Counted from the stretch's first letter, positions 9,296 through 20,416 are shown. The stretch: 64,000 nt of DNA from an uncultured Gemmatimonadales bacterium (GCA_963730185.1 CAVSQW010000015.1:288001-352000), one strand, 5' to 3'. Notes: generated by a model not told the origin, from the letters alone. Numbers and translations are program-made.

Positions 9296-9613
9296 ATGGC
9301 GGATCTGGCGCAGATACTTCAATTGAGTCAACAGGTTCAGGGCCGGCTGCAGCAGCTGCAGGCCGAGCTGGCCGATCGAACCATCGAGGCCGGGGCCGGC
9401 GGCGGCCTGGTCCGGGTCACGGCCGACGGTCGGGGCGTGGTCCGCGAGCTCACGATCGATCCCGAAGCGTTCAACGGCCGAGACGCGGAGCTCCTGTCGG
9501 ACCTGGTGCTGTCCGCGGTCGCGGAGGTCCAGCGCCGGGCCGCCGACGCGGCGCAGTCGGAGATGCGGAAGGTCCAGGGCCTGCCGGGCATCCCGGGCAT
9601 CCCGGGACTCTGA
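9296..9613 (+). CDS. ybaB: YbaB/EbfC nucleoid-associated protein
   Basis: AGGGLVRV.ADG and LSDLVLSA motifs. Lies between dnaX and recR. Confidence 0.93.
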   Translation: MADLAQILQLSQQVQGRLQQLQAELADRTIEAGAGGGLVRVTADGRGVVRELTIDPEAFNGRDAELLSDLVLSAVAEVQRRAADAAQSEMRKVQGLPGIPGIPGL

Positions 9614-9617
9614 TCGG

Positions 9618-10208
9618 GTGGGCGTCATCGACGACTTGGTCACCGAGCTTGCCCGGCTGCCCGGGATCGGGCGCAAGACGGCTCAGCGCCTCGCCTTCCA
9701 CCTGCTGCACCAACCCCGCGAGCAGATGACCCGTCTGGCCTCGGCCCTCGGCCAGGTGGCCGAGCGGGTCCACGAGTGTCCCGACTGCGGCAACTATACC
9801 GAGGGCGAGCGCTGCGACATCTGCCGCGATCCGCGGCGGGACGTTGGGCTCCTCTGCGTCGTGGAGGAGCCCGCGGCGCTCGCCGTGGTCGAGCGGTCCA
9901 CGAGCTATCGGGGCCGCTATCTGGTGCTCGGTGGCCGACTCTCGCCCATCGAGGGGGTGCTCCCGGAACAGCTTCGGATCGAGCTGCTGCGCCGGCGGTT
10001 GGCGGGGGGCGACGTACGCGAGGTGATCCTGGCGACGAACCCTTCGCTGGAGGGGGAGGCCACGGCTACATTGATCCAGCAGCTCCTGGCCGGCACGGGG
10101 GTCCGGGTCAGCCGACTGGCCCGCGGTTTGCCGGTCGGTGGTGATCTCGAATACATCGATGGCGTGACCTTGAGCCACGCGTTGGAGGCGCGGCAGGAGG
10201 TGTCGTGA
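9618..10208 (+). CDS. recR: Recombination mediator RecR
   Basis: LPGIGRKTAQRLA, C4 zinc finger, EVILATNP.LEGEAT. Confidence 0.97.
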   Translation: MGVIDDLVTELARLPGIGRKTAQRLAFHLLHQPREQMTRLASALGQVAERVHECPDCGNYTEGERCDICRDPRRDVGLLCVVEEPAALAVVERSTSYRGRYLVLGGRLSPIEGVLPEQLRIELLRRRLAGGDVREVILATNPSLEGEATATLIQQLLAGTGVRVSRLARGLPVGGDLEYIDGVTLSHALEARQEVS

Positions 10209-10477
10209 AGACCACCCGGGCAGTGTTGGTGACGCTCGCGATCGCGGCCGGCGCCGCGCTGGGCTGGCGGCTGGCCGGCCGGCACCTCGAACGGCACAAG
10301 GCGGCGCTGTTCAGCCAGAGTCTGATCCGGCGCCGGGCGGCGCTGGGGTATCTGGCGGGTCAGGAAAGCGCGGAGACGGTCCGGCTGCTCCGGGACTTCA
10401 TCGCCTGGGAGCCGACGGCGTCGCTCCGGCGTCGGGCCGAGCGGTTGGCCCGACGGATGGAGCTCCACCTTACGTGA
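10205..10477 (+). CDS. Hypothetical protein with an N-terminal TM helix and HEAT-like helices
   Basis: GTGA coupling to recR, RBS, hydrophobic N-terminus. Confidence 0.7.
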   Translation: MKTTRAVLVTLAIAAGAALGWRLAGRHLERHKAALFSQSLIRRRAALGYLAGQESAETVRLLRDFIAWEPTASLRRRAERLARRMELHLT

Positions 10478-10496
10478 GCAGGGAGTCGGCCACCGA

Positions 10497-10991
10497 GTGA
10501 GCGGCGCATCGAGCTGGTCGTTCGGCGAAAGCGACGCGACCCGGATCGAGGGAATCCTCGTGCAGCTGATCCGGGAGGCGAACGCCCGGACCGCCCTGAT
10601 CGTGGATCGCACGGGGCACATGCTGGCGACCGCCGGCGACCCGCCGACCTTCGATCCGGTGGCCTTTGCGTCGCTCACGGCCGCCGACTTCAGCGCGAAC
10701 GACCAGCTGGCCCGGATGCTGGGCGAACCCGAGTTCGGGGCCTTGTTTCACCAGGGGGAGCGGGAATCCCTCTATCTTGCGGACGTGGCCCGCCGGGTAA
10801 TCCTGGTGGTGCTGTTCGACAACCGCACGACGCTGGGGTTGGTGAAGCTCCGGGTCCGGTCGGTGGTGGAGCGGCTGAACGCGGTGTTCCACGAGCTGTT
10901 CGACCGGCCCGAGGAACGGCAAGCGCCGCGGTTGGAGGCGGAGTTCGTGGGCGAGGCGGAGGACGAAATCGACAAACTCTTCGGGACGTGA
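10497..10991 (+). CDS. mglB: Roadblock/LC7 protein MglB (GAP)
   Basis: ASLTAADFSANDQLARMLGE.EF..LFHQGE and TTLGLVKL motifs. Directly upstream of mglA. Confidence 0.92.
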   Translation: MSGASSWSFGESDATRIEGILVQLIREANARTALIVDRTGHMLATAGDPPTFDPVAFASLTAADFSANDQLARMLGEPEFGALFHQGERESLYLADVARRVILVVLFDNRTTLGLVKLRVRSVVERLNAVFHELFDRPEERQAPRLEAEFVGEAEDEIDKLFGT

Positions 10992-11003
10992 GGCCCAGGG
11001 CGA

Positions 11004-11678
11004 ATGTCGCTCATCAACTACGCGTCACGAGAAATCAACTGCAAGCTGGTGTACTACGGTCCGGGTCTGGGCGGCAAGACCACGAACCTGGAGTACATCT
11101 ACGAGAAGGTCGCGCCCGCTTCGAAGGGCAAGATGATCTCGCTCGCAACCGAGACCGAGCGGACCCTCTTCTTCGACTTTCTCCCAGTGGACCTGGGCAC
11201 CATCCGGGGCTTCAAGACCCGGTTCCACCTCTATACGGTGCCCGGCCAGGTCTACTACAACGCCTCGCGCAAGCTGATCCTGAAGGGGGTCGACGGCGTG
11301 GTGTTCGTGGCCGACAGCCAGATCGAGCGGATGGAAGCCAACGTGGAGTCGATGCAGAACCTCTACGACAATCTGCTTCAGCACGGCTACGACCTCACCA
11401 AGATTCCCTTCATCATCCAGTACAACAAGCGCGACCTCCCCAACGCCGCGCCGATCGACGAGCTCCAGGAGAACCTCAACCCGGGCTGGCCGGTCGAGGA
11501 CGCCGCCAAACAGAAGACGGTGGTCAACCCCGACCGCCCGGACGAGTTCCTGGTCGAGCAGCTCGACGGCACCTGGATCGAGCGGGCACCCTACTTCGAG
11601 GCGATGGCGGTGCGGGGGGAAGGCGTGTTCGACACGCTGCGGTCGGTCAGCAAGCTCGTGCTCAAGACGCTGGGGTAG
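11004..11678 (+). CDS. mglA: Small Ras-like GTPase MglA
   Basis: [26 protein letters not shown] and NKRD motifs. Confidence 0.95.
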   Translation: MSLINYASREINCKLVYYGPGLGGKTTNLEYIYEKVAPASKGKMISLATETERTLFFDFLPVDLGTIRGFKTRFHLYTVPGQVYYNASRKLILKGVDGVVFVADSQIERMEANVESMQNLYDNLLQHGYDLTKIPFIIQYNKRDLPNAAPIDELQENLNPGWPVEDAAKQKTVVNPDRPDEFLVEQLDGTWIERAPYFEAMAVRGEGVFDTLRSVSKLVLKTLG

Positions 11679-11679
11679 C

Positions 11680-12318
11680 ATGAAGCGGTCGGTCTGGACC
11701 CTGCCCAACATGCTGACGATCGGCCGGATCGCCATCACCCCGATCGTCGCCTTTCTGCCGTTCATCGAGGGCTACTGGTTCAAGCTCGCCACCTTTGGGG
11801 TGTTCGTCGCGGCCGCGGTCACCGACGTAATCGACGGCCGGATGGCCCGCCGCCGGGGTCTGGTGACCGACCTCGGCAAGGTCCTCGATCCGATCGCCGA
11901 CAAGCTGCTGCTCTTCGCCACCCTGGTCCCGATCTACTACATCTCGCAGCAACGCCAGCAGCTCTACGCCATCCCGGTCTGGCGGAGCATTCCGCTGTGG
12001 GTGTGCCTCCTGCTGATCGGGCGGGAGCTGGCCATGACCCTGTTCCGCTGGTGGGCCGAGAAGCGGGGGGTGGTGATCGCTGCCCAGGGACCGGGCAAGC
12101 TCAAGACCGTGGTCCAGAACATCTTCATCGGCGGCACCATCCTCTGGTTCGCCTTCCGCGACGCCTGGGTACCGCTCAAGCTGAGCCAGAGTTCCTTTTG
12201 GCAGTACTGGAAGGAATTCCACGGGATCTTCGTGGCAGTGACGCTGGCGCTGGCCACCATCCTCACGGTCTACTCCTTCATCATCTATCTCTACCGCTAC
12301 CGGAATCTTCTTAAGTAG
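11680..12318 (+). CDS. pgsA: CDP-diacylglycerol--glycerol-3-phosphate 3-phosphatidyltransferase
   Basis: LPN.LT..R and DG.MAR...VTDLGKVLDPIADK motifs. Confidence 0.9.
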   Translation: MKRSVWTLPNMLTIGRIAITPIVAFLPFIEGYWFKLATFGVFVAAAVTDVIDGRMARRRGLVTDLGKVLDPIADKLLLFATLVPIYYISQQRQQLYAIPVWRSIPLWVCLLLIGRELAMTLFRWWAEKRGVVIAAQGPGKLKTVVQNIFIGGTILWFAFRDAWVPLKLSQSSFWQYWKEFHGIFVAVTLALATILTVYSFIIYLYRYRNLLK

Positions 12319-12487
12319 GGAGTTGGGAGTAGGGAGCAGGGACTAGGGAGGGAGTCGTGAGTGGGCAGTTGTGCCGCCCCCCGGCCCAGGCTCACTGCTA
12401 CTCGGGCCTAGCCCCTACTCAGCCCCTACTCGCCCCTACTCACCCCTACTCACCCCTACTCACCCCCTAGCCACTCCGACTTACCCC
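12316..12487. repeat. Inverted short-tandem-repeat cassette: (TAGGGAG)-type arm and (CACCCCTACT)n arm
   Basis: About six decamer copies at 12410-12470. The G-rich arm starts at the pgsA stop. Confidence 0.85.
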
Positions 12488-12561
12488 GTTCGCCCGGACC
12501 GAGCCTCCTGGCGCGGGGGCCGCTATCTTGGACTCCGCTCTCGCTCGGACGTCCGGCACCC

Positions 12562-13806
12562 ATGGAAATCGAACTTGTCACCATCGGCACCGAGCTCGTG
12601 CTGGGATTCACCGTCGACACCAACGGCGCCTTCGCGGGCCAGCGCTTGGCCGAGGTGGGGGTCCGGCTGGTCCGCCGGACGTCGGTCCGGGACGACCCGG
12701 CCGAGATCCGGGCGGCCGTGGCGGAGGGGCTGAGCCGCGGCCGGCTGGTGGTCACCACCGGTGGGCTCGGCCCCACCCGGGACGACATGACCAAAAAGGT
12801 CGTGGCCGATCTCTTCGACGCTCCGCTGGAGCTCCAGGAGCCGATCTGGGACGACCTGGTGGCCCGCTTCGCCAAGCTCGGTCGCCGCATCTCGCCCACC
12901 AACCGGACCCAGGCCGAGGTGCCCCGAGGGGCCCAGGTGCTGAGGAACCGCCGGGGGACGGCCCCGGGGCTCTGGCTCGTCGGGGCGCCGGGTGAAGTGA
13001 TTCTCCTGCCCGGCGTACCCTACGAGATGCGGGGCCTGCTGGTGGAAGAAGTGATTCCCCGCCTGGTCGGGCGGGGGAACGCCGGTGCCCCGATCGTGTC
13101 GACGATGGTTCGGACCACCGGCCTCCCCGAGTCGACCGTGGGCGAGCGGGTGGGGCCCCTCGAGGCCGAGCTGGCGCCGCTCTCGGTGGCCTATCTCCCA
13201 GGCTACGACGGCGTCGACCTTCGGCTCACCGCGTGGGGGCTCCCGCCCGCGGAGGCCCGCGCCCGGCTCGCCGCGGCGACCGATCGGCTCCGGGCCGTGT
13301 TCCCCGGGCACGTGTACGGGACCGGCGACGACGATCTCGCGGCGGTGCTCCTGGCCGAGTGCCGGCGCCGGGGCCTGACGCTGGCGGTGGCGGAATCCTG
13401 CACCGGTGGCCTGATCGGAAGTCGGGTGGCCGCCGTGTCGGGGGCGTCGGACGTTTTTCTCGGCGGGGTGATCGCCTACGCCAACGAGGTGAAATCCGGG
13501 CTGCTGGACGTCCCACCGACGGTGCTGGCGGAGCATGGCGCGGTGAGCGAGCCGGTGGTCCGGGCCATGGTGGACGGAGTCTTGAGGCGGACCGGAGCCT
13601 CCGTGGCGGTGGCGATTACCGGGATCGCCGGACCGGACGGCGGGACGGCGGAGAAGCCGGTGGGGACGGTGTGGTTCGGCTTCGGGGCAAACGGCGCGAT
13701 CGATGCCGTGCGGGTCGGTCTCCCGGGCTCACGGCACGACGTGCAGGCCAGGGCCGCCCAGGCGGCGCTGCACGGCCTCTGGCGCCGGGTGACTGGCGTC
13801 GGGTGA
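12562..13806 (+). CDS. cinA: Competence/damage-inducible protein CinA (with NMN deamidase domain)
   Basis: IGTEL..G..VDTN, GGLGPTRDD, AESCTGG and GAVS motifs. Confidence 0.95.
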   Translation: MEIELVTIGTELVLGFTVDTNGAFAGQRLAEVGVRLVRRTSVRDDPAEIRAAVAEGLSRGRLVVTTGGLGPTRDDMTKKVVADLFDAPLELQEPIWDDLVARFAKLGRRISPTNRTQAEVPRGAQVLRNRRGTAPGLWLVGAPGEVILLPGVPYEMRGLLVEEVIPRLVGRGNAGAPIVSTMVRTTGLPESTVGERVGPLEAELAPLSVAYLPGYDGVDLRLTAWGLPPAEARARLAAATDRLRAVFPGHVYGTGDDDLAAVLLAECRRRGLTLAVAESCTGGLIGSRVAAVSGASDVFLGGVIAYANEVKSGLLDVPPTVLAEHGAVSEPVVRAMVDGVLRRTGASVAVAITGIAGPDGGTAEKPVGTVWFGFGANGAIDAVRVGLPGSRHDVQARAAQAALHGLWRRVTGVG

Positions 13807-13812
13807 CTGCGC

Positions 13813-14169
13813 TCAGCTGGCCGGCTTCGGTCGGGGCGCCAGCAGATCGTCGACCACCCGGCGCATGGCGTCCCGGTAGCGAGACACCGCCTCCCGACCC
13901 TCCGGGCTCAGTTGGACCAAGGTGCGGGGGATCCGCTCGACGAACTCCTTGGTGATCCGAACGTACCCCGCCGCCTCGAGCTTGGTCAGGTGGGTCGAGA
14001 GGTTGCCGCGGGTCAGCCCGGTGACCCGAAGCAGGTAGTTGAAGTCCGTCCCGTCCATCACCGCCAGGTGCGCCAGGATCATGAGCCGGGCCGGCGCGTG
14101 GATCGTCCGGTCGAGCTCGGCGATGACCTCGACGTCGGGCGCCGGCCGGACCCGCTCACGACGCGGCAC
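13813..14169 (-). CDS. Winged-helix transcriptional regulator (ArsR/MarR-like)
   Basis: IH.PARL.I...L, T.GNLSTHL.KLE.AGYV. Confidence 0.88.
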   Translation of the reverse strand: MPRRERVRPAPDVEVIAELDRTIHAPARLMILAHLAVMDGTDFNYLLRVTGLTRGNLSTHLTKLEAAGYVRITKEFVERIPRTLVQLSPEGREAVSRYRDAMRRVVDDLLAPRPKPAS

Positions 14170-14299
14170 GGGCGTCCGGGAGCTTGGGGACCCGACTCAG
14201 GAACCGAACCGGCCGAGCGGCGCCCAGCAAGAGCGCCATCGCGGCGATGGCCGAGACGCCCGGCTCGGGCGGCACGCCGAGGGTCGGGGCGGCAGGCAT
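14156..14299 (-). CDS. Possible 47-aa small protein
   Basis: MPAAPTLGVPPEPGVSAIAAMALLLGAARPVRFLSRVPKLPDARAAS, TGGAG RBS, overlaps the regulator start. Confidence 0.4.
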   Translation of the reverse strand: MPAAPTLGVPPEPGVSAIAAMALLLGAARPVRFLSRVPKLPDARAAS

Positions 14300-14317
14300 C
14301 GCGATCTCCACGCAGAC

Positions 14318-14336
14318 TAGTTTGAAATACAAACTA
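14318..14336. promoter_or_regulatory. Palindromic operator TAGTTTG-N5-CAAACTA
   Basis: Perfect AT-rich 7-bp inverted repeat upstream of the regulator operon. Confidence 0.6.
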
Positions 14337-14516
14337 CCGTCGATCGCCCCTCGGCGCCAGCTTTACCACCGTCCCCGTTCATGTCAGATTGACAGCGAAA
14401 CCGGGAACGACCATTGCCGTAGTCGGGGCAAACGATTGATCGCCTGGCCACGGAGTTGCGCCTCGACCGCTGGGGCGTCCGGGCCTTCTTGTGTCGAAAT
14501 GACTGGATGGAAGCGC

Positions 14517-15101
14517 GTGACTGACGAACGACCCTTCGAGGAAGATGCGAGCCTGGACGAGGCCTTGCCGGGGTTCGAGATCCCGGCCGATCAGACGGAG
14601 GCGGTGCCCTCCGGCGGGGTCCCGGTCGAGCCGGCCGAGAATGCGGTCCGGCGTCTGGAGGAGCAGTTGGCCGAGGCCAACGACCGCTATCTCCGGTTAG
14701 CGGCGGACTTCGACAACTTCCGGAAGCGGGTGGCCCGCGAGCGGATCGATCTGGCCGACAAGGCCCAGGCCGCCTTCGTGATGCGGCTGGTCGACGTGCT
14801 GGACGACCTCGACCGGGTGGTCGGGGCGGAGTCCGGCGCCTCGGACGATCCGATCCGTCAGGCGATCGAGCTGGTGGACCGCAAGCTCCGCAAGGAGCTG
14901 GAGCTGGCGGGGCTCAAGCGGATCGATCCGGTGGGCCAGAGGTTCGATCCTACCAGCTCGGAGGCGGTGTCGGTGCTGCCGCCGCCGACCCCGGCGCAGG
15001 ACCACACGGTCAGCGCCACCTTCCAGGTCGGGTACGACTTCAAGGGCAACCTGGTCCGGCCGGCGCGGGTCCAGGTGTACTCCGCCGAGGGACACGCCTG
15101 A
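14517..15101 (+). CDS. grpE: Nucleotide exchange factor GrpE
   Basis: [17 protein letters not shown]...EAV and GY....LVRPARV motifs. Start reassigned to GTG 14517. Confidence 0.93.
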   Translation: MTDERPFEEDASLDEALPGFEIPADQTEAVPSGGVPVEPAENAVRRLEEQLAEANDRYLRLAADFDNFRKRVARERIDLADKAQAAFVMRLVDVLDDLDRVVGAESGASDDPIRQAIELVDRKLRKELELAGLKRIDPVGQRFDPTSSEAVSVLPPPTPAQDHTVSATFQVGYDFKGNLVRPARVQVYSAEGHA

Positions 15102-15103
15102 CC

Positions 15104-16201
15104 GTGGCCAATCAGGATTTCTATCAGGTCCTCGGGGTGCCCGACTCGGCCTCCCCCTCCGAGATCAAGAAGGCCTACCGTCGGCTGGCCAAGCAGTATC
15201 ATCCGGACGCCAACCCCAACAACCCGGCGGCCGGCGAGAAGTTCAAGCAGATCTCCGAGGCGCACGGGGTGCTGTCGGATCCCGAGAAGAAGAAGAAGTA
15301 CGACCACATGCGCCGTCTGGGTGCCTTCGACTTCAGCGGCCGGACGGCGTCGCGGGGGCCTGGGGGCCAGGGCCAACCGCAGGGCGGGTTTTCGGAGGCC
15401 TTCGATTTCGGCGACTTCGGGTCGATGGGGCTGGGCGACATTTTCTCGTCGATCTTCGGCAAGGGGAAGCACCAGGAGCCCCGCGGGCAGACGCTGGAGA
15501 CGGTGGTCGCCATCCCCTTCCGGACCGCGGCGTTGGGCGGGAAGGTACCGATCACCATTCCGCTCAACGCCCCGTGCACTACCTGCGGGGGGAGCGGGGC
15601 GGCGCCGGGTGCGAGCGTCTCGACCTGTCCCGAGTGTCACGGGCGAGGGACGATCTCGTTCGGTCAGGGCGGCTTCGCGGTCAACCGGCCGTGTCCGCTC
15701 TGCCGTGGCCGCGGTAAGGTGCCGTCGGAGAAGTGCCCGACCTGCGGCGGTGCAGGGGAGATTCGGACCGAGCGGACGGTGATGATCACGGTCCCGGGCG
15801 GGACGGACAGCGGGACCAAGGTCCGGCTCAAGGGGCAGGGCGAGCCGGGCCAGCCGGGCGGCAAGCCCGGGGATCTGCTGGTGACCTTCGAGGTGCAGCC
15901 GGACCGGTTCTTCCGGCGTGAGGGTCTCGACGTGCTCTGCGAGATCCCGATCAACCTGGCCCAGGCGGTGCTCGGTACCAAGGTCCGGGTCCGGACCATC
16001 GACGGCCGCAAGGTGGTGTTGCGGATTCCGCCCGCGACGCAGCCCGGGAAGAAGTTCCGGATGAAGGGGATGGGGATCGCGAAGGGCGACCAGCGCGGCG
16101 ATCAGCTGGTCGAGATCCGGGTCGACATGCCGGACAAGCTGACGCCGGACGAGGAGGAGCTGTTCCGGAAGTTCGCCGAAGCCTCGGGGATGGTCAGCTG
16201 A
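15104..16201 (+). CDS. dnaJ: Chaperone DnaJ
   Basis: J domain with HPD and four CxxCxGxG repeats. Confidence 0.95.
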   Translation: MANQDFYQVLGVPDSASPSEIKKAYRRLAKQYHPDANPNNPAAGEKFKQISEAHGVLSDPEKKKKYDHMRRLGAFDFSGRTASRGPGGQGQPQGGFSEAFDFGDFGSMGLGDIFSSIFGKGKHQEPRGQTLETVVAIPFRTAALGGKVPITIPLNAPCTTCGGSGAAPGASVSTCPECHGRGTISFGQGGFAVNRPCPLCRGRGKVPSEKCPTCGGAGEIRTERTVMITVPGGTDSGTKVRLKGQGEPGQPGGKPGDLLVTFEVQPDRFFRREGLDVLCEIPINLAQAVLGTKVRVRTIDGRKVVLRIPPATQPGKKFRMKGMGIAKGDQRGDQLVEIRVDMPDKLTPDEEELFRKFAEASGMVS

Positions 16202-18356
16202 GGGTGGGCGGTTTGCCCTCGTCGCGGTAGCGCTCGATCAAGGTACAGTGGGTGGCCCGCTCGGGCTCCTCGCCCGGGGTGCGCTGGCGCCAGGTCCCGT
16301 CCGACCCCAGGTCCCACGCCTGCCGGTTGTCCCGCCACATCAGCTCCAACAGGTCACGGATGGTCTGCCGGTGGGCCGGGTCTTCGACCGGGCAGGCGGC
16401 CTCGATCCGGCGATCGAGGTTCCGCGGCATCCAGTCGGCCGAGCTGATGAACACCTCCGGGTCGCCGGCGTTCAGGAAGCACCAGGCGCGGGAATGCTCG
16501 AGGAACCGTCCGATGATCGAGATGACCCGGATGTGCTCGCTCACTTCGGGCAGCCCGGGCCGGAGGCAGCAGATGCCGCGCACGATCAGGTCGACCTGGA
16601 CGCCGGCGTGGGACGCCTCGTAGAGCGCGACCATCAGGTCGGGATCGACCAGGGAGTTCATCTTGGCGAGGATCCGCGCGGGCCGACCGGCGCGGGCGTG
16701 CTCGATCTCCCGGCTGATCAACCGGGTCAGGCTCTCCCGCAGTCCGCCGGGCGCCACGATCAGCTTGCGATAGCCGCTCGGGGCGGCGAACCCGGTGAGG
16801 ACGTTGAAGAGGTCGGTCAGGTCCGCGCCGAGGTCGGGGTCGACGGTGAAGAGCCCGAAGTCGGTGTAGAGCCGGGCGGTCTTGGGCTGGTAGTTGCCGG
16901 TTCCGATGTGGACGTACCGGCGGATCGACTCCCCCTCCCGCCGGACCACCAGGATCACTTTGGCGTGGGTCTTGAGCCCGCTCACGCCGTAGCTCACGTG
17001 CACCCCGGCGTCCTCGAACCGCTGGGCCCACCGGATGTTGTTCTCCTCGTCGAATCGGGCCTGGAGCTCGATCAGCACCGCGACCTGCTTGCCCCGCTCG
17101 GCGGCGGCGGTCAGGAGCCGGGCGATGTGTGAATCGCCCCCGGTCCGGTAGAGGGTCATCTTGATGGCGAGCACGTCGGGATCCTCGGTGGCCGCCTGGA
17201 GCAGGCGCTCGACCGAGGTGGCGAAGCTGTCGTACGGGTGGTGGAGCAGGAGGTCGCCCTCCCGGATCACCTCGAACAGGTTGCGCCCGCCCTGGAGCCG
17301 CGGCTGCGTCACCGGGACGTGCGGGGGGTCGTGGAGTCCCGGCAGCTCGAGACTGGCCAGCGCCATCAGGTCGCTGGTGTCGAGCAGACCGGCCACTTCG
17401 TAGAGGTCCTCCCGGGTCAGCGCCAGGCCGTCGGTCTCCTGATCGGCGTTGAGCTCGGCCATCAGCAGCTGCCGGAGCGAGTCGGGCGTGGCTGGATCGA
17501 CCTCGAGCCGGACCACCTCGGCGAAGCGACGGTTCCGGACCTCCTCCTGAATGAACGACAACAGGTCTTCGGCCTCTTCCGGGTCGATCTCGAGATCGGT
17601 GTTGCGGGTAATCCGGAAGGGGAAGGCGCCCAGGATCTCGATCCCGGGGAAGAGCGCGTCGAGGTGCCCGGCGATGACCTGCTCGAGCGGCACGAACCGG
17701 TGCCGGCCCGGGAGGCTCACCCATCGGGGCAGGATCTTGGGGACCTTGACCCGGGCAAACCGCTCTTCGCCGTCCCATCCCCGAAGCACCACCGCGAGCG
17801 ACACGCTCAGGTTGGAGATGTAGGGGAAGGGGTGGGCCGGGTCGACCGCCAGCGGGGTCAGAACCGGAAACACGTGGGCCGAGAAATACCGGCTCAGGAA
17901 GGTCCGGTCGGCGGCGTCGAGGTCGCCCCACGCGGTGACGATCTCGACGTCGGCGGCGCGGAGCGCCGGGAGCACGTCCTGGAGAAAGCAGCGGTCGTGC
18001 TGCTGCTGCAGCTCGCGGACCAGCGCGGCAATGGCTCCGAGCTGCTCCTCGGCGGTAAGGCCGTCGGCGGTGGGCTCCTGGAACCGGGCCGCGACCTGCT
18101 TCCGGAGGCCCGCGACCCGGACCTGGAAGAACTCGTCGAGGTTGGACGAGAAGATGGCGAGGAACTTGACTCGCTCGAGGAGCGGTGTCCGGGCGTCGAG
18201 GGCTTCGTGCAGGACCCGGCGGTTGAACTCCAGCCAGGACAGCTCGCGATTGATGTAGAGGGACGGGCGGCGCAGGTCGGCGGCCGCTGGGGTGACCGCC
18301 GGCGTGGCGGGGACGATATCCCGCACCGGAACGTCGGGCTGCAACGAGTGCGTCAC
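16194..18356 (-). CDS. ppk1: Polyphosphate kinase 1
   Basis: [30 protein letters not shown] and GRFLEHSR motifs. GTG start coupled to the upstream stop. Confidence 0.96.
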   Translation of the reverse strand: MTHSLQPDVPVRDIVPATPAVTPAAADLRRPSLYINRELSWLEFNRRVLHEALDARTPLLERVKFLAIFSSNLDEFFQVRVAGLRKQVAARFQEPTADGLTAEEQLGAIAALVRELQQQHDRCFLQDVLPALRAADVEIVTAWGDLDAADRTFLSRYFSAHVFPVLTPLAVDPAHPFPYISNLSVSLAVVLRGWDGEERFARVKVPKILPRWVSLPGRHRFVPLEQVIAGHLDALFPGIEILGAFPFRITRNTDLEIDPEEAEDLLSFIQEEVRNRRFAEVVRLEVDPATPDSLRQLLMAELNADQETDGLALTREDLYEVAGLLDTSDLMALASLELPGLHDPPHVPVTQPRLQGGRNLFEVIREGDLLLHHPYDSFATSVERLLQAATEDPDVLAIKMTLYRTGGDSHIARLLTAAAERGKQVAVLIELQARFDEENNIRWAQRFEDAGVHVSYGVSGLKTHAKVILVVRREGESIRRYVHIGTGNYQPKTARLYTDFGLFTVDPDLGADLTDLFNVLTGFAAPSGYRKLIVAPGGLRESLTRLISREIEHARAGRPARILAKMNSLVDPDLMVALYEASHAGVQVDLIVRGICCLRPGLPEVSEHIRVISIIGRFLEHSRAWCFLNAGDPEVFISSADWMPRNLDRRIEAACPVEDPAHRQTIRDLLELMWRDNRQAWDLGSDGTWRQRTPGEEPERATHCTLIERYRDEGKPPTLS

Positions 18357-20416
18357 GGGCGATCGGGGCGGAGGTACTGATCGAGCCAGTCGAGCACCAC
18401 ACCCCACCAGAGCCGGCGGTTTCTCGGCTTGACCACGAAGTGCCCCTCGTCGGGGAAGGAGAGGAACTTCCCGGGCAGCCCGCGGAGCTTGAGCGCGGTC
18501 CAGGCCTGGTAACCCTCGGACACGTCGACCCGGTAGTCGAGCTGGCTGTGGACGATGAGCATCGGGGTCTTCCACCGGTCGGTGAACCGCGCCGGCGACC
18601 ACTGCTCGAGGAGGGCCCGTCCTCCCGGCGAGGTGACCGGCCCGCCGAACTCGTGGATCGGGAACCAGAGCTCTTCGGTGGAACCGGCCATGCTCTCGGT
18701 GTTGAAGACGCCGTCGTGGGCCACCAGGGTCTTGAAGCGGTCGGTGTGTCCGGCGAGCCAGTAGATCATGTAGCCGCCGTACGACGCGCCGGCGGCGCCG
18801 ATCCTGGTCGAGTCGACGAACGGCTGGGCGGCGAGCCAGTCGAGGCCCTTGATCACGTCTTCGGAGGGAATGTCGCCCCAGTGGCCGGAGATGCTGTTGG
18901 TGAAGGCCTGCCCGTAGCCGGTCGAGCCGTGGAAGTTCACGGCGGCCACCACGTAACCGCGGGCCGCGAACATGGCGTAGTTCCAGCGCTGGTGCCACGA
19001 GTCGAGCCACGCGCCCTGGGGGCCGCCGTGGATCAGGTAGACCGCCGGGTAGGTCCGGCCGGGCTGGAACCCGGGTGGCTTCATCAGCCAGCCGCTGATG
19101 GTGTCGCCCAGGGCGCCTCGGTAGCGGAACGCCTCGAGCGGCCGCAGGTCGAGCCGGGCGAGGGCCGCGGCGTTGACCGAGGTGAGCTGGCGGATGCCGG
19201 CCCGGGTGCCGTCGAGGTCGAGCGCGTAGAGCTCCGGCGGCATGGTGCCGGTCTGGCGCAGGAAGACCAGGCGGTCACCGGCCGCCGAGATCTGGGCCGA
19301 GGTGTTGACTCCACCGACGACCAGCGGCGTCCGGCGCCCGTCCGGCACCGTGACCCGGTAGAGGTCGTGCGCGCCGTGCTCCTCGACCTCGACGATCAAG
19401 GCCTGGGCGTCGGGCGTCCAGAGCAGGCTCTGGACCGGCACGTCCCAGTCCGGGGTCAGCGGGCGGCGCTCGCCGGTGGCGCGATCGTAGAGGATGATCT
19501 GGGCCCGGTCGGCTTCGAAGCCGGGGGTGGCCATCGAGAGGTAGGCGAGCCACCGCGCGTTGGGCGAGTAGGTCGGGTTGTAGTCGTTCCCCCGATTGTC
19601 GGTCATCGCCGTCAGGCCGGAGCCGTCCGGGCCGACCAGGAAGATGTCGTTGTTGGTGCTGGTGGCGACGACGGAATCCGGATTGAAGACGATGGCCAGC
19701 TCGGTCCCGAGCGGCGAGAGGGCGACGTCGTCGCCACCCAGGGCCAGCGTGGGCACGTCCCGGTCGAAGGGGGTGACGTCGGTGAGCGTGCCGTCGGCGA
19801 GCGTGACCTGGAAGAGATGTTGCCGTTGGCCCACCCGCCACTCGGTCCAGTGGCGGTAGAACAGGCCGGTCCAGAGCCGAGCGTCGGTCGGATAGGCCTT
19901 CTGCCGCCGGTCCAGCTCCTGGTCGGCGGGCCACTTCACGTCCGACACCACGAAGAGCGCCGTGGTGTCGGGCGAGAGGAAGAACTGGCTGACACCCGTC
20001 GCGATGGACGTGAGCCGGGTGGCCGAGCCGCTGTCGGCGCGCATCCGCCAGACCTGGGGTGACCCGTCGCGGGTCGACAGGAAGGCCACCGACCCGCCGT
20101 CCCGGGTCCAGCGGGGCGAGAAGTCGGACCCGTCGCCCTCGGTGAGCGGCCGGGTGGTCTCCTTGGTCAGATCGTAGAGCCAGATCTTGGTGAGGTTGCG
20201 ATTGGCCTCGAGCGATGGGGTCGACACGGTGAAGACGACCCGGTCGCCCTGGGGCGAGAGGGCGGGGGCTCCGACGACTTTGAGGCCGAGGAAGTCGTCG
20301 ACCGTCATCGGGTGACGGGCGCCCTGGGCGCCTTGGGCGGCTGGGGTGGCCTGGGCGGTCAGGCCGGCGGACGGCAGGACGGTGAGCAACGCCAGCAGGA
20401 GCCCGTTTCTCGTCAT
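18353..20416 (-). CDS. S9 family (prolyl oligopeptidase-like) secreted peptidase
   Basis: Signal peptide, PD40-like repeats, [16 protein letters not shown] and DEGH. Confidence 0.92.
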   Translation of the reverse strand: MTRNGLLLALLTVLPSAGLTAQATPAAQGAQGARHPMTVDDFLGLKVVGAPALSPQGDRVVFTVSTPSLEANRNLTKIWLYDLTKETTRPLTEGDGSDFSPRWTRDGGSVAFLSTRDGSPQVWRMRADSGSATRLTSIATGVSQFFLSPDTTALFVVSDVKWPADQELDRRQKAYPTDARLWTGLFYRHWTEWRVGQRQHLFQVTLADGTLTDVTPFDRDVPTLALGGDDVALSPLGTELAIVFNPDSVVATSTNNDIFLVGPDGSGLTAMTDNRGNDYNPTYSPNARWLAYLSMATPGFEADRAQIILYDRATGERRPLTPDWDVPVQSLLWTPDAQALIVEVEEHGAHDLYRVTVPDGRRTPLVVGGVNTSAQISAAGDRLVFLRQTGTMPPELYALDLDGTRAGIRQLTSVNAAALARLDLRPLEAFRYRGALGDTISGWLMKPPGFQPGRTYPAVYLIHGGPQGAWLDSWHQRWNYAMFAARGYVVAAVNFHGSTGYGQAFTNSISGHWGDIPSEDVIKGLDWLAAQPFVDSTRIGAAGASYGGYMIYWLAGHTDRFKTLVAHDGVFNTESMAGSTEELWFPIHEFGGPVTSPGGRALLEQWSPARFTDRWKTPMLIVHSQLDYRVDVSEGYQAWTALKLRGLPGKFLSFPDEGHFVVKPRNRRLWWGVVLDWLDQYLRPDRP

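Noticed and set aside
16194..19010. 938-aa PPK1 and other over-long ORF-track N-termini (grpE, trpA, trpE, ABC ATPase, D-aminoacylase)
   Set aside because: The extensions overlap upstream genes. Coupled or RBS-supported starts give normal lengths.
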